NCBI GenBank assembly: GCA_026982475.1
Contig: JALSHB010000126.1
Location: 1-62,442 of the forward strand
DNA: 62,442 nt
DNA from: Chromatiales bacterium
Lineage (GTDB): Bacteria; Pseudomonadota; Gammaproteobacteria; SZUA-152
Direction: 5' to 3'
The notes beneath the pieces were generated by a model that was not told the DNA's origin, ran no database searches, and saw only the letters and a list, made by a program, of their open reading frames with translations. Both the position numbers and the translations under genes were made by a program. Shown here in pieces: positions 46,673-55,141 of this stretch (the first letter of the stretch is position 1; each line of letters begins with the position of its first letter).

Positions 46673-46718
46673 TCACTCCGCGCACATTGCGCCAATTGTC
46701 GTTCGCTAAAGTAAGGCA

Positions 46719-47804
46719 TTATATCACCTGTTCAATATTGCCGTGTTCCACGTGGAACAGGGCATGGGGCAAGCCATCCCGTAAACCGCCCAAGGCCTCC
46801 AGGGAGGTCGCCGTGATGAACACCTGGCTGCCGGCAGTCAGCAGCACATTTACCAGGGTGTCCCGAGAGACCTCATCCAGCTCAGCCGCCAGGTCATCGA
46901 TGAGGATCAGCGAGTCCTTCCCCGTCAACTCCCGCAACAGGATCGACTGAGCCAGGAAGAGCAGACTAATGAAGAGCTTCTGCTGGCCACGAGAGAGGAC
47001 ATCCCTGCCCCGCCCCCCCGTCATCCGGAAGCGCAGATCTGCACGATGCGGCCCCGACTGGGTAAAGCCGCGAGCAAGATCGGAATCCAGTGATGACGCC
47101 AGAACCTCGCCAAGATCCGCGCCCGTCTTCCAGCCAGGGTAATAGTTCATCGCCATCTCCCGCATGAAATCAATCCGGTGCTGGTGGGGAAAGGCCTGCA
47201 GAAAGGCGCCGACCTTTTCCACATAGGCCCGGCGAAAGGCATCGATCACGAGGGCCGACTCGACCAGCAAGGCGTCCCACTGCGCGATTGCGGCCTTGCG
47301 CCAATGCGCCTTCAGCGCCGCGTTGCGCTGTTTCAATATCCTGCGGTAGTTGCGCCAGACCTGTTCGTAGCGTGGTTCCACGTGAAACACACCCCACTCG
47401 AGAAAGCGCCGTCTGACCTCCGGCCCCTGTTCAAAAAAGGCGTGCAGACCGGGTTCGATGATCTGGATAGGCAGAACATCGGTGAGTTGACTGGCCCTGG
47501 TGATAGTTTGACCGGAGAGACGAATGCGAGTTCGTTTGTTGGCGCGCTGGACGCCCAGCTGAAATTCCCGCTCATTCAGGCATATCCGACCGCTGATGAG
47601 CAGCTCGCCACATCCATGCTGGATCAGTTTTTCACTGTTCGGGGTCTTGAAGGAACGCCCGCGGCCCAGGAAGAAAATGGCCTCCAGCAGGCTGGTCTTG
47701 CCGCTGCCGTTGGCGCCAGTGATCAGATTGAAGGCCGGATGGGGGTTCAGTGTGGCCTGGGTGATGTTCCGGAGGTTGGAAACATTGAGCTGAATCAGCC
47801 CCAT
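46719..47804 (-). CDS. recF: DNA replication and repair protein RecF
   Basis: 361 aa. Contains GANGSGKTSLLEA Walker A. Confidence 0.95.
   Translation of the reverse strand: MGLIQLNVSNLRNITQATLNPHPAFNLITGANGSGKTSLLEAIFFLGRGRSFKTPNSEKLIQHGCGELLISGRICLNEREFQLGVQRANKRTRIRLSGQTITRASQLTDVLPIQIIEPGLHAFFEQGPEVRRRFLEWGVFHVEPRYEQVWRNYRRILKQRNAALKAHWRKAAIAQWDALLVESALVIDAFRRAYVEKVGAFLQAFPHQHRIDFMREMAMNYYPGWKTGADLGEVLASSLDSDLARGFTQSGPHRADLRFRMTGGRGRDVLSRGQQKLFISLLFLAQSILLRELTGKDSLILIDDLAAELDEVSRDTLVNVLLTAGSQVFITATSLEALGGLRDGLPHALFHVEHGNIEQVI
46744..46759. promoter_or_regulatory. parS centromere-like site, perfect palindrome TGTTCCACGTGGAACA (inside the recF 3' end)
   Basis: Read directly. Matches the ParB-binding consensus tGTTNCACGTGAAACa and is, to my recollection, identical to the Pseudomonas-type parS. 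Confidence 0.65.
47374..47389. promoter_or_regulatory. second parS-like site GGTTCCACGTGAAACA (14/16)
   Basis: Lies inside recF. Two mismatches to either the Pseudomonas or the Bacillus consensus. Confidence 0.4.
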
Positions 47805-47829
47805 GGCTGGTGAAGAAAGACCAAAAGAA

Positions 47830-48936
47830 CTACAGGCGCATCGGCATGATGACGTAGGTGCAGGCGGACTGGCCCTCCGGTCGCATCACGCAGCTGCTAT
47901 TGGCATCACCGAGCGCCAGCTTCACATTGGGTGTATCGATGACATTGAGGGCCTCCAGCAGATAGCTCACATTGAAGCCGATCTCCAACCTGGGGCCCGT
48001 GTACTGTACCTCGATTTCCTCCTCGGCCTCCTCCATTTCCGGATTGTTCGCCTGCGCCTGGATCAAGCCATCCTGCAGGCGCAATCGTATGCCGCGGTAC
48101 TTTTCGTTGGAAAGGATGGAGGTGCGCACCAGCGCCTGGCGCAACAGTTCATGATCGGCGGTCACATCCTTGTCGGAATCGCGGGGAATCACACGTTGAT
48201 AATCCGGAAACTTGCCGTCGATGAGCTTGGAGGTAAAGGAATACTCCTCAAGCACCACGCTCAGATGATTGTTGCCGACCATCACCTTCACGGGTTCATC
48301 GCCCTCCGAGAGCAGTCGAGCCAGCTCCATCACGCCCTTGCGTGGCAGGATGACCTGGATCTTCTCGCCCGGGCTGACATTGGCCTCGTGCTCACAGACG
48401 GCCAGACGATGGCCATCGGTGGCCACGGTGCGGATCATGCCGCTGTCGACCTCGAGCAAAAGTCCGTTCAGGTAATACCGCACGTCCTGCTGCGCCATGG
48501 CGAAGGCCGTCTTGTCGATCAGCTGTTTGAGGACTTTTTGGGGGACCTCAAACTCGAACACCCCTTTGACTTCCTCGATGTTGGGAAACTCGCTGACCGG
48601 CAGGGTGGTCAGGTTGAAACGGCTGCGTCCAGACTTGATGGTCGCCCGCTCTTTTTCTTCGTCATAGACGATATCGATCTGTGCCCCCTCGGGCAGGGCC
48701 TTGCAGATGTCCACCAGCTTGCGGGCCGGCAGGGTGATGTCGCCTGCCTCTGCCCCTTCGAGGGAAACCCTGGCAACCATTTCTACTTCCAGATCCGTGG
48801 TCGTCATGGAAAGACCCTCGTTGCCAACACTGAGCAACAAATTGGACAACACCGGCAGCGTCTGACGACGTTCCACCACCCCGGTAATGGTTTGGAGGGG
48901 TTTCAGGATGGATTCTCGCTGGATCGAAAATTTCAT
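47830..48936 (-). CDS. dnaN: DNA polymerase III beta sliding clamp
   Basis: 368 aa. MKFSIQRESILKPLQ... Confidence 0.97.
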   Translation of the reverse strand: MKFSIQRESILKPLQTITGVVERRQTLPVLSNLLLSVGNEGLSMTTTDLEVEMVARVSLEGAEAGDITLPARKLVDICKALPEGAQIDIVYDEEKERATIKSGRSRFNLTTLPVSEFPNIEEVKGVFEFEVPQKVLKQLIDKTAFAMAQQDVRYYLNGLLLEVDSGMIRTVATDGHRLAVCEHEANVSPGEKIQVILPRKGVMELARLLSEGDEPVKVMVGNNHLSVVLEEYSFTSKLIDGKFPDYQRVIPRDSDKDVTADHELLRQALVRTSILSNEKYRGIRLRLQDGLIQAQANNPEMEEAEEEIEVQYTGPRLEIGFNVSYLLEALNVIDTPNVKLALGDANSSCVMRPEGQSACTYVIMPMRL

Positions 48937-49167
48937 GTCACTCGTCCCGTTACTTAATATTTATATTATTAAGAAATAACTTATTATTACTGCTATTAGT
49001 CACCCAACTTTCTGTGGATAACCAATATTAATTCATGTTTTTCAAACAGTTATATCAGTCAACAAGTGCCGTATAAAGGCGCCTGAAGCCACGGTACAAG
49101 CTGTGGATAAAATGTGAATGCCTTGGCTTTCCGTAGTTGTCACCGACTTATCCACAGCTCATCCCCA
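48937..49167. other. candidate oriC (dnaA-dnaN spacer): AT-rich DUE-like tract 48951-49000 plus three perfect DnaA boxes
   Basis: TGTGGATAA at 49013-49021 and 49102-49110; TTATCCACA at 49148-49156. ttacttaatatttatattattaagaaataacttattattactgctattag is almost pure A/T. Confidence 0.55.
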
Positions 49168-50511
49168 TCAACTCGACAGGGTTCTGACCAGGTTCGAGTA
49201 ATCCTCCATGATCCTGACCTCGCTGATCTTGAGCTCTTCGATCTTGCGACAGGCATGGAGCACCGTGGTGTGATCACGGCCGCCGAAGGCATCGCCGATT
49301 TCCGGCAGGCTGTGGTTGGTCAGCTCCTTGGACAGCGCCATGGCAATCTGTCGAGGGCGCGCGATGGAACGGTTGCGCCGCTTCGACAGCAGCTCGGATA
49401 CCCGGATCTTATAATATTCCGCCACGGTCTTCTGAATATTCTCGATGGTAACCAGTTTTTCCTGCAGGGCAATCAGATCCTTCAGGGCGTCCTTGGTGAA
49501 ATCGACGGTGATCGGTTGCCCGGTGAAACGTGCATTGGCGGAGACGCGCCGTAGTGCGCCCTCCAGTTCACGGATGTTGGAGCGGATACGCTTGGCAATG
49601 AAGAAGGCCACCTCCTGGGGCAGGTCGATCTTCAGCTGCGCGGCCTTGCTCATGAGGATGGCGACGCGGGTCTCCAGCTCCGGCGGTTCGATGGCGACGG
49701 TCAGGCCCCAGCCGAAGCGGGATTTCAGACGCTCCTCCAGGCCCGACACCTCCTTCGGATAGCGGTCACAGGTGAGGATGATCTGCTGCTGGCCCTCCAG
49801 CAGGGCGTTGAAGGTGTGGAAGAATTCCTCCTGCGAGCGCTCCTTGCCGGCGAAGAACTGGATGTCGTCGATGAGCAGGGCATTGACCGAGCGGTAGTAG
49901 CGCTTGAATTCGTCGATGGCGTTGTGCTGCAGGGCCTTGACCATGTCCTGCACGAAACGCTCGGAATGCAGGTAGACCACCTTGGCGCCGGGATTCTGCT
50001 GCACGATGAGGTTGCCCACGGCGTGCATCAGGTGGGTCTTGCCGAGACCGACCCCGCCATAGATGAACAGCGGGTTATAGGCGCCACCGGGGTTTTCGCC
50101 GATCTGGAACGAGGCGGCGCGCGCCAGCTGGTTGGACTTGCCTTCGACGAAGTTTTCGAAGGTGGCATCGGGATTGAGACCGCTGTTGTGGACCACCGAG
50201 GTGTTGCGCTCGCGTCTCCGGCCCGCGCTGCCGGCGGCCGGGTCGGCCTTGGTGGGTCGTTCCACGGCCGGCGCAGAGCCACCGATCTCGAGGACCACCT
50301 CGAAGCCGGCATTTTCCTTCTGCTGGCACATGAAGCCCTGGATCTGGGTGAGAAAGCGATCGGACACCCAATCGGCGACGAATCGGTTGGGCGCCAGCAG
50401 GCGCAGGGTCTGGTCATCCTCAATGACCTGCAGGGGGCGAATCCAAGTGTTGAACTGCTGTGGGGAAAGTTCTCCTTCGAGATAATGGAGGCATTGTTGC
50501 CAGCTGCTCAT
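49168..50511 (-). CDS. dnaA: chromosomal replication initiator DnaA
   Basis: Starts at [27 protein letters not shown] (ATG 50511; the ORF track extends to 50538). Contains [10 protein letters not shown], and the C-terminal DNA-binding domain has GGRDHTTV. Confidence 0.97.
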   Translation of the reverse strand: MSSWQQCLHYLEGELSPQQFNTWIRPLQVIEDDQTLRLLAPNRFVADWVSDRFLTQIQGFMCQQKENAGFEVVLEIGGSAPAVERPTKADPAAGSAGRRRERNTSVVHNSGLNPDATFENFVEGKSNQLARAASFQIGENPGGAYNPLFIYGGVGLGKTHLMHAVGNLIVQQNPGAKVVYLHSERFVQDMVKALQHNAIDEFKRYYRSVNALLIDDIQFFAGKERSQEEFFHTFNALLEGQQQIILTCDRYPKEVSGLEERLKSRFGWGLTVAIEPPELETRVAILMSKAAQLKIDLPQEVAFFIAKRIRSNIRELEGALRRVSANARFTGQPITVDFTKDALKDLIALQEKLVTIENIQKTVAEYYKIRVSELLSKRRNRSIARPRQIAMALSKELTNHSLPEIGDAFGGRDHTTVLHACRKIEELKISEVRIMEDYSNLVRTLSS

Positions 50512-50596
50512 GGCCTGAGACACACGTAAATTCCCCAAAGAAAAGGCGCCGGATGGCGCTCATGCAGAGTGGGAAGTTTATACCGCTGGAATCAAG

Positions 50597-50636
50597 TTAT
50601 CCACACCCTTGGATAAGCGTTGGAAGCGGGGATAAA
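50597..50636. promoter_or_regulatory. DnaA-box cluster upstream of dnaA (one perfect, two degenerate)
   Basis: TTATCCACA at 50597-50605, ttggataag at 50609-50617, ggggataaa at 50628-50636. Confidence 0.5.
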
Positions 50637-50638
50637 GC

Positions 50639-50668
50639 TTGACAAATCGAGGCCTGTCACAGTATTCT
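50639..50668 (+). promoter_or_regulatory. sigma70-like promoter for rpmH
   Basis: TTGACA (50639-50644), 18-nt spacer, TATTCT (50663-50668), about 60 nt upstream of the rpmH ATG. Confidence 0.4.
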
Positions 50669-50730
50669 GCGCCGCTTTTTAACGAATTCGCCGGCGGATC
50701 ATCCGTCCGGGACAACACACGGAAAAGGCC

Positions 50731-50865
50731 ATGAAACGTACCTTTCAACCCAGCAATATCCGACGCAAGCGCACCCACGGTTTCCGTGCCCGCATGAGCA
50801 CCAAGGCCGGTCGCAAGATCATCAGTGCACGCCGCGCCAAGGGCCGCAAGAGGCTGAGTGCCTGA
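50731..50865 (+). CDS. rpmH: 50S ribosomal protein L34
   Basis: Not in the ORF track (44 aa). Own translation: [44 protein letters not shown]. Confidence 0.97.
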   Translation: MKRTFQPSNIRRKRTHGFRARMSTKAGRKIISARRAKGRKRLSA

Positions 50866-51296
50866 GTCAGGAAAAAACGTGGCCGGCAGTCGCGGATCGG
50901 CACGCTGAACCGGTTGCGGCGTCTGCCAAGTCCCAGGGGTTTCCCCGCCAGCTGAGACTGCTGAGTCGGGGAGATTTCCAGCGTGTCTTCGATAATACCC
51001 GGTGCAAATCCGTGGATGAAAACCTGCTCGTGCTGGCAACGCCCAATGGCCGTGATCATCCACGCCTCGGCCTGGCCATCAGCAAGCGCAACATCAGGAC
51101 CGCCGTTGGAAGAAACCGCGTCAAGCGGCTGGTGCGCGAAAGCTTTCGTCGCCACCGGCAACAGCTGGCCGGCCTGGACATTGTGGTGCTCGGTCGCCAC
51201 GCCACCCACGACGCAAGCAACGCAAGCCTGCTGCATTCCCTGAATCGCCACTGGCGCCGATTGGTAAAAAGATGCGCAAACTCCTCATCCTCCTGA
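50862..51296 (+). CDS. rnpA: RNase P protein component (start codon uncertain, see finding)
   Basis: The ORF track starts at GTG 51012 (94 aa), but the in-frame upstream sequence encodes ...[25 protein letters not shown], the conserved RnpA N-terminus. The only candidate start is CTG 50862, which overlaps the rpmH stop. The 3' end is secure ([14 protein letters not shown]). Confidence 0.75.
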   Translation: MSQEKTWPAVADRHAEPVAASAKSQGFPRQLRLLSRGDFQRVFDNTRCKSVDENLLVLATPNGRDHPRLGLAISKRNIRTAVGRNRVKRLVRESFRRHRQQLAGLDIVVLGRHATHDASNASLLHSLNRHWRRLVKRCANSSSS

Positions 51297-51493
51297 TCCA
51301 GGCTTACCGCTACCTGCTCAGCCCACTATTGGGCCCCCATTGCCGTTATCATCCCAGCTGTTCTTCCTATGCCCAGGTGGCGCTGGAGCGTCATGGCGTC
51401 CTGCGCGGCGGTTCACTGGCGGTGAAAAGGCTGTGCCGTTGTCACCCCTGGCACGAAGGCGGCTTTGATCCTGTCCCGGAAAAGAAAGACTGA
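51272..51493 (+). CDS. yidD: membrane protein insertion efficiency factor YidD
   Basis: 73 aa. Contains [11 protein letters not shown] and [13 protein letters not shown]. Confidence 0.93.
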   Translation: MRKLLILLIQAYRYLLSPLLGPHCRYHPSCSSYAQVALERHGVLRGGSLAVKRLCRCHPWHEGGFDPVPEKKD

Positions 51494-51502
51494 ATCATAA
51501 TC

Positions 51503-53170
51503 ATGGATAACCAGCGTTTATTGCTTTTCGTTGCCCTGTCACTCGTGCTGATGCTCCTGTTCAGTGCCTGGCAGTCGCAAAATGCCCCCGTCCCCGCCGA
51601 GCAACAGGCGACGGCGCAGAATCCCGCCGACCCGACCGCGCCGCCAGCGGCACCGGCGCTGCCGGCGGACGTGCCGACCGCCCTGCCGGCCGAGGGCCCC
51701 GCCGTGGCCGAGGCCTCGACGGCGCCGGTGGCCACCGCCGGTGAGTACATCCTGGTGGAAACCGATGTGCTGCGGGTGGAACTCAATACCGCCGGTGGCG
51801 AGGTGAGTCGTGCTGCGCTGCTGCAATATCCCTGGTCGCTGGATGATCCCGAACCGGTCCAGCTGCTGGACAATCGCCTGCCTAACCTGTTCATCGCCCA
51901 GTCCGGCCTGGTCGGCAGCGGCGTGTCCGCTCCGGATCACCATGCCCTGTATCAGGCGGAGAAGACGGAATACCGCCTCCACGATGGCGAGGACAGCCTC
52001 CAGGTGCGAATGCACTGGCAGGGCGAGGACGGCGTCAGTGTGACCAAGACCTTCACCTTCCACCGCGACAGCTACGTCATCGACGTGGATTTCGCCGTCA
52101 CCAGCGCCAACAAGCCCTGGAAGGGCCGTGCCTACGAACAGCTTCAGCGCACCAAGGTAGCCGAGCGCGGCCAGTCGATGCTGATTTACACCTTCATGGG
52201 TGGGGTGGTGTCCAGCGAATGGGATCCCTACGAGAAGATCCAGTTCGACGACATGGCGGCCTGGAAGCCCGAACAGAGCTACAGCAAGGGCGGCTGGGTC
52301 GCCATGCTGCAACACTACTTCTTCAGCGCCTGGATCCCGGACGCCGATGAACCCGTGCACTTCTATACCAAGGCACTGGCCAACGGCCGCTATCTGATCG
52401 GCCTCTCCGGCGCGGAACAGACCGTCAATGCCGGCGAGACAGGCCATTTCCACAGCCGCCTGTTTGTCGGTCCCAAGGTTCAGTCACGGTTGGAAGAAAT
52501 TGCCCCCAACCTGCGCCTGGCCGTGGACTATGGCGTGCTGGATATCCTCGCCAAGCCTATCTTCTGGCTGCTCGATCAGATCCATTCCCTGGTGGGCAAC
52601 TGGGGCCTGGCGATCATCTTCGTTACCCTGATCATCAAGCTGCTGTTCTACAAGCTCTCCGAGGCCAGCTATCGCAGCATGGCCAAGATGCGCCAGTTCG
52701 CGCCCCGGATGATGGCGCTGAAGGAGCGCTATGGCGACGATCGCCAGAGGCTCAGTCAGGCGATGATGGAGATCTACAAGAAGGAGAAGATCAATCCACT
52801 AGGTGGTTGCCTGCCCATGTTGGTGCAGATCCCAGTCTTCATCGCCCTTTACTGGGTGCTGTTGGAGAGCGTCGAACTGCGACAGGCGCCCTTCATACTG
52901 TGGATTGAGGATTTGTCGACCAAGGATCCCTACTATGTGCTGCCGGTCATCATGGGTCTGAGCATGTACGTCCAGCAGAAGCTGAATCCGCCGCCCATGG
53001 ACCCCATTCAGCAGAAGATCATGTCTTTCCTGCCGCTGATCTTTACTGCCTTCTTCGCCTTCTTCCCATCGGGCCTGGTGCTGTACTGGGTGGTCAACAA
53101 CCTGCTGTCCATTGCCCAGCAGTGGTACATCACCCGCAAGATCGAGGCGCAGGCCGCCGGCAAGGGCTGA
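51503..53170 (+). CDS. yidC: membrane protein insertase YidC
   Basis: 555 aa. Large periplasmic P1 domain plus a conserved C-terminal 5-TM core ([17 protein letters not shown]). Confidence 0.97.
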   Translation: MDNQRLLLFVALSLVLMLLFSAWQSQNAPVPAEQQATAQNPADPTAPPAAPALPADVPTALPAEGPAVAEASTAPVATAGEYILVETDVLRVELNTAGGEVSRAALLQYPWSLDDPEPVQLLDNRLPNLFIAQSGLVGSGVSAPDHHALYQAEKTEYRLHDGEDSLQVRMHWQGEDGVSVTKTFTFHRDSYVIDVDFAVTSANKPWKGRAYEQLQRTKVAERGQSMLIYTFMGGVVSSEWDPYEKIQFDDMAAWKPEQSYSKGGWVAMLQHYFFSAWIPDADEPVHFYTKALANGRYLIGLSGAEQTVNAGETGHFHSRLFVGPKVQSRLEEIAPNLRLAVDYGVLDILAKPIFWLLDQIHSLVGNWGLAIIFVTLIIKLLFYKLSEASYRSMAKMRQFAPRMMALKERYGDDRQRLSQAMMEIYKKEKINPLGGCLPMLVQIPVFIALYWVLLESVELRQAPFILWIEDLSTKDPYYVLPVIMGLSMYVQQKLNPPPMDPIQQKIMSFLPLIFTAFFAFFPSGLVLYWVVNNLLSIAQQWYITRKIEAQAAGKG

Positions 53171-53183
53171 ACGCGGCGTCTCC

Positions 53184-54530
53184 GTGAGCGGGGAAGCAAC
53201 CATTGCCGCCCTGGCCACGCCCCCCGGCCGGGGTGGCGTGGGCATCGTGCGGGTCTCCGGCCCGGCGGTGGTGAAGATCGCCGAGGCTCTGCTGGGGCGC
53301 CTGCCCCGGCCGCGCATGGCCGAATACCTGCCCTTTCTCGATGAGCAGGGGGAGGTGCTGGATACCGGCCTGGCGTTGTATTTTCCCCATCCCCATTCCT
53401 TCACCGGCGAGGACGTGCTGGAGCTGCACGGCCACGGCGGCCCGGTGGTGATGGATCTGCTGCTCGGCCGCTGCCTTGCACTAGGCGCACGCGCCGCCCG
53501 CCCGGGCGAATTCTCCGAGCGCGCCTATCTCAACGACAAGATGGACCTGGTTCAGGCCGAGGCGGTGGCGGACCTCATCGACAGCGCCTCGACCCAGGCC
53601 GCGCGGCTGGCTGTGCGTTCCCTGCAGGGGGCCTTCTCACGGCGGGTGCATGAGCTGGTCGCGGCGCTCGTCGAACTGCGCGTGTACGTGGAATCCGCCA
53701 TCGATTTTCCCGAGGAGGAGATCGACTTTCTCGGCGACGGCGCGGTGGCCGAACGGCTGGCCGCGGTGCAACAGCGGCTGGCCGATACCCAGGCCCAGGC
53801 CCGCCAGGGCAACCTGCTGCGCGAGGGTATCCGCGTGGTCATCGCCGGACGCCCCAATGCCGGCAAGTCCACCCTGCTCAATGCCCTCTCCGGGCGGGAA
53901 AGCGCCATCGTCACCGACATCCCCGGCACCACCCGCGACGTGCTGCGCGAACACATCAGTATCGACGGCCTGCCCCTGCACATCATCGACACCGCCGGTC
54001 TGCGTGAATCCACCGATGCGGTGGAACAGGAAGGCGTGCGCCGCGCCTGGGCGGAGATCGAGAGCGCCGACCATATCCTGTTGCTGCACAGCGCCGACAG
54101 CGATGATGACGACAGTGAATTGCACGCCCGGCTGGCCGCCGCCGGCCCGCCCCTGACCCGCCTGTGGACAAAGATCGACCTCAGCGGCACCCCACCCCAC
54201 CGGCGCGAAACACCACAGGGTGTTGAGCTGTGGCTCTCGGCGCAAACCGGGGCCGGGCTGGACGATCTGCGCCAGCACCTCAAGGCCTGTGCGGGTTACC
54301 AGCCCGGTGGCGAAGGCCAGTTCATGGCCCGCCGCCGCCATCTCGATGCCCTGGCGCGGGCCAGCGATCACCTGTCACGCGGCAGCCGCCAGCTGCTTGA
54401 TGCAGCGGCCGGTGAGCTGCTGGCCGAAGAGCTGCGCCAGGCACAGCAGGCGCTGGGTGAAATCACCGGCGAGTTCAGCAGCGACGACCTGTTGGGAGAG
54501 ATCTTTTCCAGCTTCTGCATTGGAAAATAG
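53184..54530 (+). CDS. mnmE: tRNA modification GTPase MnmE
   Basis: GTG start at 53184 ([26 protein letters not shown]; the ORF track begins at 53112 inside yidC). Contains GRPNAGKST and a C-terminal FCIGK. Confidence 0.95.
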   Translation: MSGEATIAALATPPGRGGVGIVRVSGPAVVKIAEALLGRLPRPRMAEYLPFLDEQGEVLDTGLALYFPHPHSFTGEDVLELHGHGGPVVMDLLLGRCLALGARAARPGEFSERAYLNDKMDLVQAEAVADLIDSASTQAARLAVRSLQGAFSRRVHELVAALVELRVYVESAIDFPEEEIDFLGDGAVAERLAAVQQRLADTQAQARQGNLLREGIRVVIAGRPNAGKSTLLNALSGRESAIVTDIPGTTRDVLREHISIDGLPLHIIDTAGLRESTDAVEQEGVRRAWAEIESADHILLLHSADSDDDDSELHARLAAAGPPLTRLWTKIDLSGTPPHRRETPQGVELWLSAQTGAGLDDLRQHLKACAGYQPGGEGQFMARRRHLDALARASDHLSRGSRQLLDAAAGELLAEELRQAQQALGEITGEFSSDDLLGEIFSSFCIGK

Positions 54531-54618
54531 TGTGCGGACTTGATCTGGATCAAGGAGCTACCGTTGTCAGTGGCCAATATTTATCAATCGATACTCGGTA
54601 TAGACAGAGAGATGAACG

Positions 54619-55023
54619 ATGAAAAACAGCTACAGATTGTCCGCTACCGCCCTGTTGCTCGTCGCCATGGCGCTGTCCGCGCACGCCGGTAGCGAGCGAT
54701 TGATCATGGTGATGTCGGCGCAGAAGATGTCCCTGTACCAGCTGGTGCATGTGCGCTTCCAGGACAGCCAGGGCCACCCCCTGCACAGCGACGTAATGAA
54801 GCGCCTGGCGATTCGCCGCGGTGACTGCGACACGGGCCAGCAGCTGCTGATGCCGGAAGACTACAAGTTCGGCTTCAGCCCGGAAAAGGAAATGGGCATC
54901 TACCTGACGCCACAGGCCTGGAAGGATGCATCGCTGTGCTTCTCCGACCCGGAATTCGGCCGCCTGCAGACCACCGTGACGGCGCAGGATGTGGGACAGT
55001 CCATCGTGCGGGTATTCAGGTAA
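54619..55023 (+). CDS. hypothetical secreted protein
   Basis: 134 aa. Signal peptide ...LSAHA/GS, two Cys, and no motif I recognise. Confidence 0.5.
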   Translation: MKNSYRLSATALLLVAMALSAHAGSERLIMVMSAQKMSLYQLVHVRFQDSQGHPLHSDVMKRLAIRRGDCDTGQQLLMPEDYKFGFSPEKEMGIYLTPQAWKDASLCFSDPEFGRLQTTVTAQDVGQSIVRVFR

Positions 55024-55037
55024 ACAGGACCGGGTGC

Positions 55038-55082
55038 TGAGGACTCCACACCCAGTACTCAACACTAAGCCGTCAGTCCTCA
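55038..55082. repeat. 8-bp inverted repeat (tgaggact/agtcctca) enclosing cagtactcaacactaagc
   Basis: The inner sequence is related to the gcttagt heptamer at 43959 (reverse complement). Confidence 0.6.
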
Positions 55083-55141
55083 TCCCTTCCCATCCGGGTT
55101 AACATACGCGGCATGATTTTCCATGCCGAATTCTGCCTGTC

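Noticed and set aside
54539-54554. Palindrome cttgatc-tg-gatcaag just after mnmE, considered as a terminator.
   Set aside because: A 2-nt loop cannot form a hairpin and no T-tract follows. It may be a protein site, but there is no supporting context.
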